Source of the DNA: Microbotryum violaceum
Lineage: Eukaryota
Assembly: GCA_001244265.2 (NCBI GenBank)
Contig: CDLV01000012.1
Coordinates: forward strand, 558,001-622,000
DNA: 64,000 nucleotides
Direction of reading: 5' to 3'
Under the pieces are notes generated by a model, which did not search any database, had not been told where the DNA came from, and saw nothing but the letters and a program-made list of their open reading frames with translations. Of the stretch, positions 50,168-63,847 are shown piece by piece (positions within the stretch are counted from its first letter, which is position 1; each line of letters starts with the position of its first letter). The translations under genes were made by a program, and so were the position numbers.

Positions 50168-51681
50168 CTACTCGGCTCCATTGGCCCGCTTTGCCAATCT
50201 GACACACTCAACTTCTTCATTCGTCTCGACGACCCAGGCCTCAATTTTGCTCCCTTCTAGTGTCAACTTCCTTCTGCCCTGCTCTTTTTCATTCCTTTCC
50301 CGATCCACTCCCCCTCTGGTGTTGCCAAGCTTCTCGATCCACTCGAAATGGTGCAACACGTCGGCGCGCAATCTCGCCGAACGCTCTCCTATCCCACCAG
50401 AAAATACGAGGGCGTCCATACCCTCGGAGGAAGCGAGCAAGGTGACGATGTAGGAACTGAGGAAGCCCAACAATCGATCGAGGTAGAGGTCGTACGTCAA
50501 TCTGGCCTTCTTTTGCTCCTCCTCATCACCGGAAATTTTGCCACCGGAAGCTTCGTCCGAAGGGAATGCCCGCGAAATGATAAGACCGAAATCCGACGTC
50601 CCCGCCAAGGCCTTGAAGCCCGAGTCTTTGTTGAGGACGTATTCGGCTTTGGAGATGTCGCGGCCGGACCATTGGACCGTGTTGGAGCAGTCTGGGGTGT
50701 GGTGGAAGACGAGGGACGGGTCGAGGGAACCGGCACGAGTGCCACCGGGTAAGCCTGTGTGTGGGAGGTATGTATCAGCTACAAAGTTTGGGGGACATGA
50801 AGATTGAACTCAAAATACTAACCTTCGAGCGGGGTCAATCCCATGGTCGTATCCCGACTCTTGCCGCCTTGGATCATGCAACAACTCGCTCCACTCCCGA
50901 GATGAGCCACGACGAGGTTGAGCTTCTGGACAGGCTTGTTGAGCGTTTTGCTCATTTGATCGACGATGTTAGCGTAACTCAGACCGTGGAAGCCGTAACG
51001 TTTGAGAGGTACAGGAGTCTTGTGCTTGGGTTCCGAGATGGCGTAGCGGGTGCGGTAGTCCGGGATCGAGGTGTGGAAGAGCGTGTCGAAGCAGAGCACC
51101 GAAGTGGCCGAGGGGAGTTTTTCGAGGCATGTCTTGACGATCAACATTGCATGATGATTCTGATCGGGAAGAGATGGAAATCGTCAGCTGGCTCTGCCCG
51201 CCGTGGGACCCTGATCGAGGTTCAGTCTCTGGCGCCCCACATGAAGAGGTGCGAAGCTGGACACGGCGTCCATGCGATCGAGCGTTGCTTGTTCCTCCTT
51301 GGATCCGTGACGAATGACGATCGGTTCGGTAGCTGTCCCTCCATGCACGATCCGATGCGCGATCACACCAATCTTATTCCCTTCGCTCTTGTTCGACTCC
51401 AAGTCTGATGATGGCCCCTCCCCCTCCGCGAGGACACGTGTGACTTCGCTCAGGATCGCTTCGAAAGTCGCCTCGTACGAAGTCGCCTCATCAAGCTTCT
51501 TCTCGAATGGGTTCCCCTTCCCTGAATCGTCGTTGTTCTTGTAGTGCCTGAATGAGAACGAGGGCGGACTGTCACCTTGGACGTCCTTGGCCGAACCGGA
51601 GAGGATGATGCGCTCCGAAGCTGCGAACACCTTGAACTTGATCGAGGACGAGCCGCAGTTGACTGCGAGGGAGAGTGACAT
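50168..51681 (-). CDS. ACK1: Acetate kinase
   Basis: AVNCGSSSIKF, HRIVHGG, FAPLH, FDTLFH, YGFHGLSY, AHLGSGAS, TMGLTPLEG, GTRAGSLDP, FSGGIGE and TNEE. Confidence 0.95.
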
Positions 51682-52097
51682 GATTGCGATTGTCGGTGCT
51701 GAGAGAAGAGGAGGACAGGGCTCAAGAGATTGGCGATTTCGGACCGAGCGCGAAGGACTTTGGTGCAGTGAGCGGGCAGAGATGCGTCGACGTCATTCTT
51801 CTCTTCTCCGCGAGCGCGTCGGAGCATCAATTGTTAGCACTCTGTTTTTGTGCCCAATCCAGCCAGCACTTTCTTTTTTTGAGATGGTTCCATTTCAGCA
51901 GAAGCGAGAATAGCAAGATCAGGGTCAGTATAGGAAGTTTGGGGGGAGGGGCAGGTTTTTGACTGGTTCAACGAGGAGCGAGAGGACTACAAATCGGCCG
52001 GCGGGCAACGGGCAACGGAACCGCGAAAGCCTTGATCCAACAATTTGTGTTTTTGGGTGGGTACCATGAAAAAGAAAGTAGCGGAAGAAAAACACTA

Positions 52098-54565
52098 TCA
52101 ACCCCGAGGTGGGTAGTGGGGTTGGCCGTGCTGTTGTTGTTGGTATTGGGGAGTACCTTGGTCGTACGACTGCTGCTGGGGCGGCGGTGGGGGAGGAGGC
52201 GGCTGCTGCGGCTGCTGCGGCTGCTGAGGATATCCACCACCATCTGTGAAAAGAAACACCCGTTTGGTCTCTCTGCTTAGCCCTTCCATACATTTTTTTA
52301 AACATTGGCATGATGTCAATGCGGCTCACATTGCTGTTGCTGCGGAGGCCCACCTGGTCCACCTCCGTACCCACCACCAGGAGGACCGTATCCTCCTCGG
52401 GGACCATAACCCTGGTTCATCGCAGGACCATTACCAGGGGGGCCAGGTGGTCCACCACCACCAAAGCGAGGTCCAGAGCTAGGAGGATGCCTTTATAATG
52501 CGGGCTCGTGGTTAGCGTTCGTGTCACCTACCGTGGGTCAAGGCAAGGCGCTTGAGCAAACGTACCAGTTAGCAGGGATACGCCAAGGCGGAATCTTTTT
52601 CCCATTCTCGTCGCGAGGAATGCCATCATCGAAAGGAACCGCCGCCGGTCCTCCGGGTTGAACGCCAGGTGCACCACCAGCGAGTGGCGGAGCAGCGGAC
52701 GTCTCGCCAAGTTCGGCCATGAGAGATGCGTATTCGGAATCGAATTGCTGAGCTCGGCCGGCATCAGGTCCAAAGCTCGGTGCAGGGCCTCCCGGTCCTC
52801 CCGGTCCAGGGGGGCCACCAAAGCCGTTCCGTCGTTGGGTACAGTCTCTGTATAGGGTGAACGACGCCCAGAGTCAGCGCTGATCTCGAGTTCAGATCGA
52901 CAGTTGCCGGAACTCACCTGGCCATGTGTCCGGCTGATGATTGAAACGGCGTTCGTGACAAGAGACGCAGCAGCGAGCACAATATGAAAGTGAAGCGTCA
53001 GTTATGGCGTGCTCCGAGAATAATTATTTGCGCGCGAAAGTGGCAAACGCTGCAGATCGCCAACTAGCACAACCAGGTCGGCAAGTTGAACGTACCTCCA
53101 CCACACACTCGGCAGATGATGCCAGCAGTCCAGTTCTTTTGTTCGGGACAATCATACTTGCGATGTCCAAGGCCTCCGCAGTTCCTGTAGCAAAGGTGCA
53201 ACAGCCATGTCAGTGCATGGTGAGTAAGTCGATACAGGACTACTCACTGGCAAACTTGGTTCTCGTCGTCACGAAGGGTACCGTTCAAAGACGCCAGTTC
53301 ACGCAGTTGGTTCCTCTTGTGGTCGTTCTGACCTTCCGGAATGGAAGCAGCCTGTGGTGTACCAAGACAGCGGATAAAGGTCAGCTGGTCCGACACGAGC
53401 ATGGCCACACGTTGCCGACCGAGGACTCACAGTTTCGATAACGGTGTTGATAAGCTTCACGCAAGCCTGGACCTTCTCCTCCGAGTCGGCCTGGATCAAA
53501 CAATGTAACTCTTCATTCTCATCATCATCCCGACCGCCCCCAGGACGACCCTTTCCATCCTTGACCGATCCTTTGCCTCGGATACTGATCTTGGCCCCAC
53601 TCTCCCTTTCCATCTTTTTAAGCGAATTACCGCGCGGACCGACGAGCAAGCCGAAAAAGTTGATCTCGGGGAAGGTCTTTACGGGGATGTAGACCTTTTC
53701 CTGGGGTCGACCGGCGTTTTGTCGTTTCGCGACGAGGTACTCGGTCGGCGGCTTGAACGCGGGGTCGAGCTTCATCTGGCGGTCGACGAGGCGCATGCGT
53801 TCGTCCTCGAGCTTGCGTCGGTAGCGCACCTCTCGCGTGTTGGTACGACGTCCATGGCCGTCGTAGGTCGGCGGGGGTGATGGTGAACGCGCTCCGTCGG
53901 GGGGCACGACGTCGCCTGACCGCAGCTTGCGAGCGATTTCGTCGAGTCGGAGTTGGGCTGTGCGAGACGCGGGCGGGAGTCAGTCAGTGACAGTACGGAC
54001 TAAGCTGCGCGGTCCGTGACGCACCTGCATAGCGTTCAAGTTCCTTCTCATTAACCGCACCGGCGATCGCAGTCGGCATCGGCCCTTCGACCTTGTCGGA
54101 ACCCCAACGACTCTTGCGTTTCCTCTCGCCCGGAGTACCATCGGCAGGAGGAGGAGGAGGTGGGGGAGGTGCATCCGAGCCTGTTGGTGGACCCCAAGCG
54201 GATTGTCGGTCCGAAGGTGCAGGCATAGGGGGAGGAGGGACCGGTCGTCCACCACTGTAGTCTGCACCACCTCCACCGCCACCCCGGTGATCGAATCCAG
54301 CGCCTCCACCACCATTGGTCCATCCACCTCGATCGTTGGGGCCTCTATCATCCCGTCCAGAATCACCTCCTCCCCCTCCACCTCCTCCGTACCCGTACCC
54401 GTTCCCTCCTCCGTTGCCATATCCTCCTCCTGCCCCTGGAGGCCCAGCCTGCTGACCCTGACTAGCCTGAGGAGGGGAGCCACCTGCTCCTCCACCCCAT
54501 CTTCGTGGACCAGCAAGAGGTGCGTCGTTGGCACCCGTCTGGCGAGCGTTGGTGCGTTGCCACAT
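52098..54565 (-). CDS. MSL5: Branchpoint-bridging protein (BBP/Msl5/SF1)
   Basis: [26 protein letters not shown] domain ([16 protein letters not shown]), zinc knuckles and a Pro/Gln-rich tail. Confidence 0.95.
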
Positions 54566-54981
54566 GTTGATGATATAAGCCGGTCTTGCTATGCGAGAGC
54601 CTGGCTTGGGTTGTGTGCAGGACGCGTCGAGTAAAGTCAGGGTCTCGAGGGAGTCTGGACTACGAAGCAAACAGTGCGTCAGTCGGGCTATGAGTCAACT
54701 GATGTGGGTCGAGGTGACAGCCTGTTGAGGCGAGACAGTCGGCGGTCGTCAAGGAGCAGGGGACAGACTGGCGCGGATGTGACTTGGGGCACGAAGACCA
54801 AAATTGGGTCGGCGCCGCTCGCTTCCCCACCGTGGCTTCGGCGCCTGAGACTCTGACTCGGACATCCTAGGTGGAGAGGCTTCTCTGATTCTGAACGTAA
54901 TCCTAAGATACATTGCCATTACCATGCCTGCTCATCCCCTCTCCCCCGAGTTACACGCAGCCACAGCCCTCTGCCCAAGAG

Positions 54982-56167
54982 TCAAATCTTATAATCTCCA
55001 CCAAAGTGGATCTCGCCCCCTCTCCAAGGTTCGATCGTCACACCAACTACTCCCTTCGCTTTCCTCAACACGTATCGCTCCAAGTCATAGTTCGCGTACA
55101 TGGCCTAATATTTCGCACGTGTACGTACGTCAGCGTCATCGAGTATTTCTGATCTGCTCAAGCGTCGGAACGCCCTCGATTGTGATAAGTTACCTCGGCC
55201 AATCTCATCGCTTCGACGTGTTTCGGTCCCGCAATCGCTCTCACAGCATGCGCCCTCGACATCCAAATACACGTCGCGAGGTTACTTCCGCGGGAATTGG
55301 GGACGCCGAACCAATAGGCCAATAAGCCGCCAGCCTGCAGAAGTGGATAGGGGTGATCAGAGTATGGTTAGTCTCGGAATGGTCTGCATGTGCTCACAAG
55401 TGTATCAAGACTCACCGTCACTGCTTCTTCGTGGGCTTGACGATCGGCTTCGTACAAGTTTCTGGAGGGTGAATCCTTGGCTCGAGTCGATCTGAAAGCG
55501 ACAATGTACCTGCGCGAGCGAAAATTCCTCAGCTTTGGCCTTGCTTTGAGCTACCTCCTATCGTCGCTATCGACCGCCGAGCGCAAGAGGCTCGAACCTA
55601 CCATTCCCTCTCCAAGTGTACAGGCAGCTTGATTTCATCGAAATTGAACGCCTCATCATACGGCTCGTAAGCGTACTGATCTGTCTTGGGCTGGAATGCA
55701 TGCAGCGCATGGTGAAGGGCGATTGATGCCTCATCGATAGAAGGGAGGTGCGAGCGCGTGTAGTACCCCACCCTGGTATTGGTGATGTCTTTCAGAGCGT
55801 TCTTCTCAGTCGTTGGAGGAAGAAGGGAAAGCAATGGAGGTAAGTAGAGCAGTTTGGCTGAAGGCGTTCGACGAAGATCCGGGAACCCGGTTGGAGCACG
55901 TGACCTTGAGGTCGAGGTCGAGCCACCTAGTTTCAAGGCGCTCGTGCGAGCTGGAGTACCCGAGATGGGGCAGCGAAGATCGGCGAAAGCCGATTTGGGC
56001 TCGGATTCGGTGTTTAAAGAGAAAGGGCAGCCTGTGGCTTCGATCCTGCGAGCTGGCGGGATGGTGCTCGAGGCGAAGGGGCCAAAGTTGGTCGAGGTGT
56101 TTCCAGATTCGCCGACGGGGAAGGAAGCCGAGGCCGCGGGGCATTGTTGTAGTGTAGGGCCAGGCAT
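54982..56167 (-). CDS. Conserved fungal protein, UPF0643-like
   Basis: Spliced core EREW|YIVAFRS...LYEADRQAHEEA|GGLLAYWFGVP...NLATCIW.SR..A..A..GPKH; ends GDYKI*. Confidence 0.7.
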
Positions 56168-57189
56168 CGGAGAGTAGGATGAGTAGTGGGGAGAGTAAAG
56201 TCCAAGAAGCACTGGTCAAGTCAAGAGAGTGGTACTGGGTGACTCACAAGGTCGGCCAGCCTGTCCGGTTTCATTCTGCTCGGGCCGCCAGAATCGTCGC
56301 TGTCGCATGATCTCGCCATACCATTGCGCGATTTCTGGGTCAGCGATCCCGCGGCTGACGGGGTAAGAACGGGATGTCTCAGGGGTTCGTAGAGCGAGAT
56401 ATGGTAAGACAAGCTTGAAGCCGAGTTCTAGATGTTGCTGTAGTCGAATATTCTCCCTACGTGTAGGGGACGGAGTCTTGGTGGCGTGCCACTGGGCACA
56501 TGCCTGAAGCCCCTGCCGAGCCCAAATCACGTGACTTGATTCAGAAAATTCTGGCATCTTTCGTCGGACGCGTCGGACTCACGCGAGGTGCAGGCGAGGA
56601 ATGTGATTGTCTTCGCTGTTCATTCAGTCAATGTCATCGCGACACTTGATCCCTTGACTCGAAGCAACCGTTTCCGTCACGATAAGGTGGTCAAGAAGAG
56701 ACGGTACCGCTCCGAGTTCAACGTCCGGCAGCTCCGGCTACCCAAAGTGAAACCGTCGGTCGGACTACCCCGACCATCCCGACTTTGCCACGGAGCAGGA
56801 TGCCTATGTACCTTGACAATGGCGACCTCCTTTGGGACCTTCAGCGACAGAGGGGGATTCAGGGGAGTTCTTGTGGACTCGAGCTCAACAACACTATCAG
56901 TGGATGAGGCACTATCAGCGCAGGCTTCCACTGCACTTCAAGTTGGAGCATGCCCCGGCGGTCGCGTCGCGCCCTGTCGACTGCAGCCTGCCTGTCGAGC
57001 CGGCGTGTGCCACCTCACCCCCACTTGGGACTCGCACGCGCACTCGACCGGCAATTGGCAGTCGTCCTCCCCTCATCCTCATCCCTACCACTCCGCCGAC
57101 CCCAAGTATTTCCGCTATCCTCCAGCATTTCTCGAGTATCTCGCTTATATCCGCCCTCTCCCTCACCCTTCCGCCTCATACGTTTCACA

Positions 57190-58696
57190 ATGGCTCCCTC
57201 TTCTCCACAGCCGACGAGCTTCACCTCCGCAACCGACCTCCTCTCGTCGTTCCATTTCGAGCGGATCCTCTCTGAAGGTCAGCCCCACAAGTCACTCTAG
57301 ACTGGGGACAGATCTACATCTCTGAGCTTTCACCGGACTCGACCATAGATCCCAAAGCCCATGTCGCCTACCTGCTGGGTACGGCTATCCCTGAGAACAC
57401 CGATGTCCGTCAACCGACGATCGTCAAGGTGGAGAAGACGGCATTCGCACCTGACGAACTCCAACGGCTCGTGAACTCTTCAGCATGGGACAGGACAGAC
57501 ACTGTGGGTCAAGTTGGGCTGCTGACTGCCATTGGGGTCTGAACCCTTCACTGACAGTCTGCAGATCAAACTTGACCAACAGGTCACGTGCAACAGCATT
57601 TACGGCACCTTTTCGAGTTGGTTCGCACCTGGCCGAGCAAGTCCTGATGCCCAAATCACGTCGATCTGTCCTGCGTCCGACAAGGTGAGACAGATTGGCG
57701 AATCAGTGCGACAAAATTACGGCTGAAGCAGGCATACCGCGCCCTTCTCCGCAGCACATCCGCAAGTACAGCCAACAGATGACCCGGATCGTGCGCGAAA
57801 CACCCGAGCTGTACGAAGCCGTCGTGAAGCCCTACATCAACTCCTTGGATCCGAACCAGATTAGCTGGGTCTATAACATCCTCAATGGCACTTCCGAAGC
57901 CGAGCACGTGATCCTGTGCGACGAGGATCCGGAAACCGGCTTCGTCTTGACCCCTGATCTGTATGTTGTGAGGGCCCATTCGTCTGACGACCAAAAACTC
58001 TAGCGACTGACGCCCGTGTCGCATGAGCGCAGGAAATGGGACAAAAAGATGAGCACGTCGCTGTACCTGCTCGTACTCGTCCAGACAAGAGCGATCCGGT
58101 CGCTGCGTGACCTGAGACCCCACCATCTCCCACTCCTGACCAAGATCCGGCGCGAATGCGAAAGAGTTGCCATGGAGAGGTACGGCATCGACGAGGGTGA
58201 ACTGCGATTCTTTGTCCACTATCAACCGACTTATTGTGAGTGGAACGTACCGATCGATGCATTCTATGTTGAAACTGATCGATCACTTGGCCCACAGATC
58301 ATTTCCACATCCACGTTGTATGTCGGGGCAAAAATTCGCCAAGCAGTCGGGAGCACAAAGCTCATCTTTTCTCTCTCCCTCTCCGTCCTACAGACCCACG
58401 TCAGCTACGTTGGGTTCTCCGGCATCACTGTTGGCCAAGCCCACCTCTTGGACGACGTCATTGACCTGCTCACACTTGAGGCCTCGCTCCCCACACCACC
58501 GAGGAATAGCCACTACGCCTCGCGCACCTTCACTTACGCTCTCGGGACCGAACACGCTCTTTACTCGCAATTGAGGGGCGCGATCGCTGCTCCTCCTGTT
58601 CAGGCTGCTGATGGCCAACGTCCTCAACTTGAACGGGGGACGTCGAACTTGCAAGCTGTGCAGTTCGCCTCCGCGGCGGCAGGCGTCGTTTCGTGA
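57190..58696 (+). CDS. DCS1: Scavenger mRNA decapping enzyme (DcpS, HIT family)
   Basis: FERILSE, VRETPELY..VVKPYI, WVYNIL, GFVLTPDL|KWD, IRSLRDL, FVHYQPTY|YHFHIH and VGQAHLL. Confidence 0.93.
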
Positions 58697-58830
58697 TTGA
58701 TCTTGTCATACGTTCAGCGACGTATTTAAGCAATGTAGAATTAGTTACTCACACTCGATGGCAAGGGTGAATCATATGATAGAATATGAGTGATTAGAAA
58801 ACGCGTAACCGAGAACCGCTATGGAACAAT

Positions 58831-59012
58831 TTTTTGGAGGAATGAATGATATCTGTCTTCGTCTTTACACGAGGACTGAAGTGGAGACGCCCAAGTAAAC
58901 GTGCGACGAGGCAGTGTCCATGCGTCTTTTGTTTTTTTGAGGAATGAATAATATTTGTCGTCGTCGTTACACGAGGGATGAAGAGGAGACGCCCAAAACA
59001 ACGTGCGACGAG
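58831..59012. repeat. Diverged tandem duplication with ~102-bp period
   Basis: GAGGAATGAAT.ATAT.TGTC.TCGTC.TTACACGAGG..TGAAG.GGAGACGCCCAA...AACGTGCGACGAG occurs twice (58837, 58939). Confidence 0.9.
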
Positions 59013-59106
59013 ATGTATATAGCAGATGAGGAACGAAAACGAACGATGACGGAACCCAGCACAAGGAAACCAGCGGAAGACGAAGACTACATCGAGAACC
59101 CCAAAA

Positions 59107-60073
59107 TCAAGCCAACTCGTGCGTCTCGCGCTTCTCGAACGAATCATGACGATCCGTCGCTGTTGCCGTCGTCTCAGTCTCGTGCACGTGCCCGATTAGA
59201 GGCCCGTCACGACCGTGTTTGAGGACGTAGCGCGCTTCAGCGAGGACGAGCGCGGTCGTGATCAAGGTAGCGCCGAAGGCGATCCAGCCAACGATAACTT
59301 GCGCCTTCAATGGCTTGCTGGACTTGTCTGAGAGCGGAGAAAAAAGGGTGGGCGCAGGGAGTGAGCAAAAAGGCTTCGGGAAAGATAGGGCCGTCGCTGA
59401 GCAAAGCTTACAGCGAAGATCAATTTTGCCGAGAGCGACAATTTGGGCGAGGACGGCAGCGGGAACACCGGTCTTCGTGATGACACCAGATTTGGTTTGC
59501 CAGATGTACTAGTAGCGAAGCGGCAAAGAAAAAACTTTAGTCCCGTGATTCTAAGGATGCCATTCGGCTCGCCGTTCTGGAAAAACAAAGTCTTCGTTCA
59601 CTCACAGTGGCGGGGATGAGGGTACCGATCCAGCAGAGGCACGAAAAGCCAAAGAGCACCTCCTTCAGTCGGACACTCGAGAGCGTTTCAGGCTTGTTGC
59701 GCCTGAACAGGGCCATGGCGAGAACGAAGGTGCATAACAAAGAGGCCAGACCCTGTGTGCGAGACGGACAAGAGTCGATAATGGTCAGTCGCTGGTGCTG
59801 CTCCCGCGCGCGCCCCTGTTTCGGAGATGCTAGCTCAACTCACGGATGCCTGGGATCGGAAAATCGTCATTTCGGACGACCAAATAAGGAAATGGAATCA
59901 CATGATGTCAGTGCACAGACTCGTGGGAATCCTCGGCCAAGCTGCTACCCCGCGACTGCGACGGGGTGGGGAGCCGGGGGGAGGGGGCGGCCAACTCACG
60001 GCGGATACGGATCCACCGGCGGCGAACGCATCTTTGATGTGCAAAGTTGCACCATTAAGCTTTTCATGGACAT
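59107..60073 (-). CDS. Small multi-pass membrane protein of unknown function
   Basis: Intron-separated hydrophobic segments GLASLLCTFVLAMALF, LKEVLFGFSCLCWIGTLIPAT and VIVGWIAFGATLITTALVLA; charged C-tail. Confidence 0.65.
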
Positions 60074-62689
60074 CATGCTTCTGTTGATAACCTCTATTGA
60101 CGTGTAGAAGAATGAAAGGAGAGTTAGGGAGGTGCCGTGCACACGGGAGAAGCATTTTGGGGGGACCACGGGCAGGCAGACCGAGCGAGTGACGCGCTGC
60201 TCCACCGGCCCTAGAGGTCGCCGCCGCCACTTCTTGCACTCGCTCCTCGATTCCTCGGTGTACCAAGAGAAATTCGACGTACGTGACAAGACCCCAAATC
60301 GCTGCCAGATACAATGACGACGGTTGAACATGAGAGGGAGCGCCGTTAATAAAATTGCGAAGGACAGCCCGCGCCCTGACGCGCCCTCTGCCCAATTCAG
60401 ATGAATGAAACTAAACTCACCCAGAGCAGCCGTAGCGGTGCAAAGCGCCGAGGTGATGTTGAAGAAGATAATTCTACAGGGGGCGAGTATGATTCATTCC
60501 AGAAGAGTGATGGCGAGATGGGATACGGGTCGTCGATATGGGTGTGATGCGAAGCGTTTGGGCCACAGGAGGTTCAATCAAATCGTTAGTCGCCCGATTC
60601 GACACCGTGCGTTTGGCTCGGCGAAACATCGCCAAGCTGAAGCGATTCAGCACTGCTAGAGGTGACATCTAAACTTACCGTTGCCAGCGGAGGTAAGTCA
60701 TGGGGAAAGTTGACTTGGAATAAAGTAGGAGTATGTAGAGGTGAGGTTTGTAGGTGTGTAGAAACGAAAGACGGGCGAGGGACAAGATTGAGTAGTGAGA
60801 CAGAGGGGGGGAAAAGCGGAGGAGAGGAGATAACCTTGTCGATCGAAAGTGGGGGGGAGCGCTGGGGGGAAGCGGTGGTGAGCGAATCCAAGCGCGTGTG
60901 GTGACGTCCCAGCGTGGCGTTAGGCCGAGCTTGCGTGCCTGAGCGCCTCGGCGTGCTCGCCGCCCGGCCGTCGACGCGGCGAGCACCAGGCTGATTGGCT
61001 CGGCCAAGCGAAGCGGAGCGTTTTGGCGGCGGCAGAAGAGGAATTCCAAGACACCCACCAGCAAGGAAAAAACCCTCATGAGTCCTTGCCTACGGGGTCC
61101 AGCTGGCTCCTTTCCTCGGTCTCTGCCACCGCGTGTCAGTGCCACTGCCGATTCGGCCGCGAGCACGGTTCGTTCGAACTCCTCTCGCGGTTCTGCGCCG
61201 CTCTTTCCGCCTTTCCTCGGGAAGGTGGTCCTTTCTCATCTTCCGGGAAATTTTCCCGCGGCAACGACTGAGCTGAAGACACTCCTGCGGCTCCCTCGTC
61301 CGACCGGGTCTATTTGCAAGATCGACGATCCGCGCTATATCGACGTCGGTGGCGGTCGAGCGGGGCGCGGCCGCGTCCGTGCAGATCGGCCAACGCCTGG
61401 AACCTTTTCGCTCACTCGCAAGGTGTGGCTTTCGAGTCGGCTCTAGGCAACCAACTGCTGCCGAGACCGAAGGGGCCAAACTGTTTCACATGCAAAGGCA
61501 AAGCTTGGCTCACCTCAAAAGTATGGGGCTTACGATTGGTCGGGGCAATCGTCTAGGTACCAAGACTGCTGATTATCTCCGCACGGCCCGGGGGAAGTGC
61601 TTCGACACGACCTGGTCGTATTGCCCGATCCGATGTGCTATCCGCCTTGGCCTCTGGCGGTCTGCGGCGCCCCGCGGCAGTGGAGCCCGAGCAGCCCCGG
61701 CCCCCCATACTTGAACAGGGGGGTGCACTGTAAGTTTGGGTCTTCGGAGACTTAACGACTAGTTCCGAGACCAGGCTTTAGGTCGCCGCTCCGAATCACT
61801 GCCAGAACGATTCCAGGTTGACGATTTGACGACTCGTCCTATTCACTGCAGTGGCAGCTGCCGCATGCTAAGGACTGCTGTAGGTAGGCCCAGCACAAGG
61901 TGGACTTGCTCGCCTAATCGAAAAGTCCCATCTCCGCCTTTTTGCAAGACCTTCACGCTAATTCGTTGATCAATGACACGAAAGTTCCGTTGTTCTTCGT
62001 CACCAAGTATAATCCAATCTGGGACCAGGTAGATGCATCCGTTGTACTCAATACCATGGTCCAAGATTGGGACCCAGCTACTCGAGCTGAGGTCACGCAC
62101 AATCCAAAACTGCGTATTATGCGAAGTCGTAGCCGAGCTCCGAACCTCGGCGACATCGTTAATGCACTTAACAAGAAGGTTCTCCATGGACCCAGCATAT
62201 CCCCAATCATGCTTTTCAGTTCCTAGCCGAGCGCTACTTAGCTCGCATGCATTTGTTGTTCGCGCGCAGACGAACAAATGCCGATCACGTCGTCGTCACC
62301 GATCGCGTCGGATTGTGAAACGCTAGACTGGGTTGCGACTCGCCTCTGTAGATACCTAAAATGATACAGTGTGGGTGCCCGGATACCGATTTGCACTAAT
62401 TAGTGGGTGTCCGGATACCGAACAAGCCGTGGGGCCCCAGCTACCTTTTTATGAACGCGGCGAGAGGTCGGCTAGCCCTTCTTGGCCGTTCTCTGAGAGC
62501 TGCCGAGCCCTTGTGCCGGTAGGAGGATCAGACTAGGCGGTCTGCCTCCACGAGCCGATCGCTGCCTCGACTCTCAGCTCGGAAGCCAGCTCCTTCATCA
62601 ACCGAGCAATTGCATATAGGCAATAGGCATAATCTTGAATTCCATCAAGGTCTTCTCTGTGGTATGGTAGCACCCTTGCATGTACCCAA

Positions 62690-63847
62690 TCAAGCCACGA
62701 CCGTGTCCTCCACTGCAGCTGCGACATCCCCCTTCACGTCAGCGGAGGTCATCGTCGCGCCAACTCCGAGACTGGCCAACGCGTCCAGTTCGCCCTTCTT
62801 AATGATCTTGGGAGTCTTTACGATGGTGTCGATGGTCGTGTACCCGACGCGTGGCGGGGAAGTCTTGTCGATGACCTCGGTCGTGACGGGGAGTTTGGCT
62901 GCGGCGAGCTTCATGACTGCGTTAGGCGAAAAGAGATCGGTAGTCAGTTTTGCGGAAGCAGGTTGACCGATCCCTATCCTTTTCAACGCACCAGCATGTG
63001 CAATCTCGGGCCTGAGGTTGGGCCCACCGACTTCAAAGATGACACGCCCGACGCCAGCTCTAGTTGTACCGGACCGAGAAGGAAATTTGAGCACCGAGTT
63101 GAAGAGCAAGTCTTTTAAAGGAATGAAATGCTCAACTAACCTGCATGCCCAAAACTCGAACGTTCCTTTACCTTTCCCCATACGTGTTTCGTTACCCTGT
63201 CAAATGGAGAGTTGCATATACGGTGTCAGCACGCCTGCAGCGCTACTCGTCGAACCCCTAAGTATGTTCGCAATACGCTTGGACACTGACCTTGATGCAA
63301 ACGGGGATATCCGGGAAAACCCTCAAGTATCTAAAGAGACGAAAAAAACCCCGTGTCAATTTCTCTATGCGTAGTAAGTCCCCCGTTCGGGCGTCATCGG
63401 CGCCGAAACTTACACCTTGCTCCCCCTCACGGTCTTGAGCCCCCTCTTCAACGCGGCCTCGGCGCTCTCGAGGTGCTTGGCACTCAGTCGACAAGGTTCG
63501 TTGACGCGCAGACCAAAGTCGCCCCATTCGAGTGTGGTCGCCTTAGTCGAGCCACCGAGGGCGATGGGCAGTCGTCCCTTGTGCGCCTTGCGGTACTTTG
63601 TCCGTCGGGGCATGAGCGCCTTGTGACGTGCTTGCATGCGTGGTTGGAAGAGGGGAAGTGGGTGGGCATAGGAGGATGAGGAGGGGGAGGGAGACAGAGA
63701 CGATGATGAGGTGAGGGACAGCGATGAGCTGGACAAGAGCATCATTGCTCGTGAAGTCGACGAGGATGAGGACGATGTCGCAGCGGGGCCGAGTGTCATC
63801 CTCGACAGGTTCGCCAAGAATGTTGTAGGGCGAAGGAAGGACGCCAT
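62690..63847 (-). CDS. MRPL16: Mitochondrial ribosomal protein uL16m
   Basis: Ser/Arg-rich presequence; PRRTKYRKAHKG, YLRVFPDIPVCIK|GNETRMGKGKGTFEFWA, GRVIFEVGG and AAKLP across four introns. Confidence 0.94.

Noticed and set aside
62690-63181. 163-aa minus ORF that first looked like an orphan or viral gene
   Set aside because: It is the 3' exons of MRPL16 read through in-frame introns (RMGKGKG, GRVIFEV).
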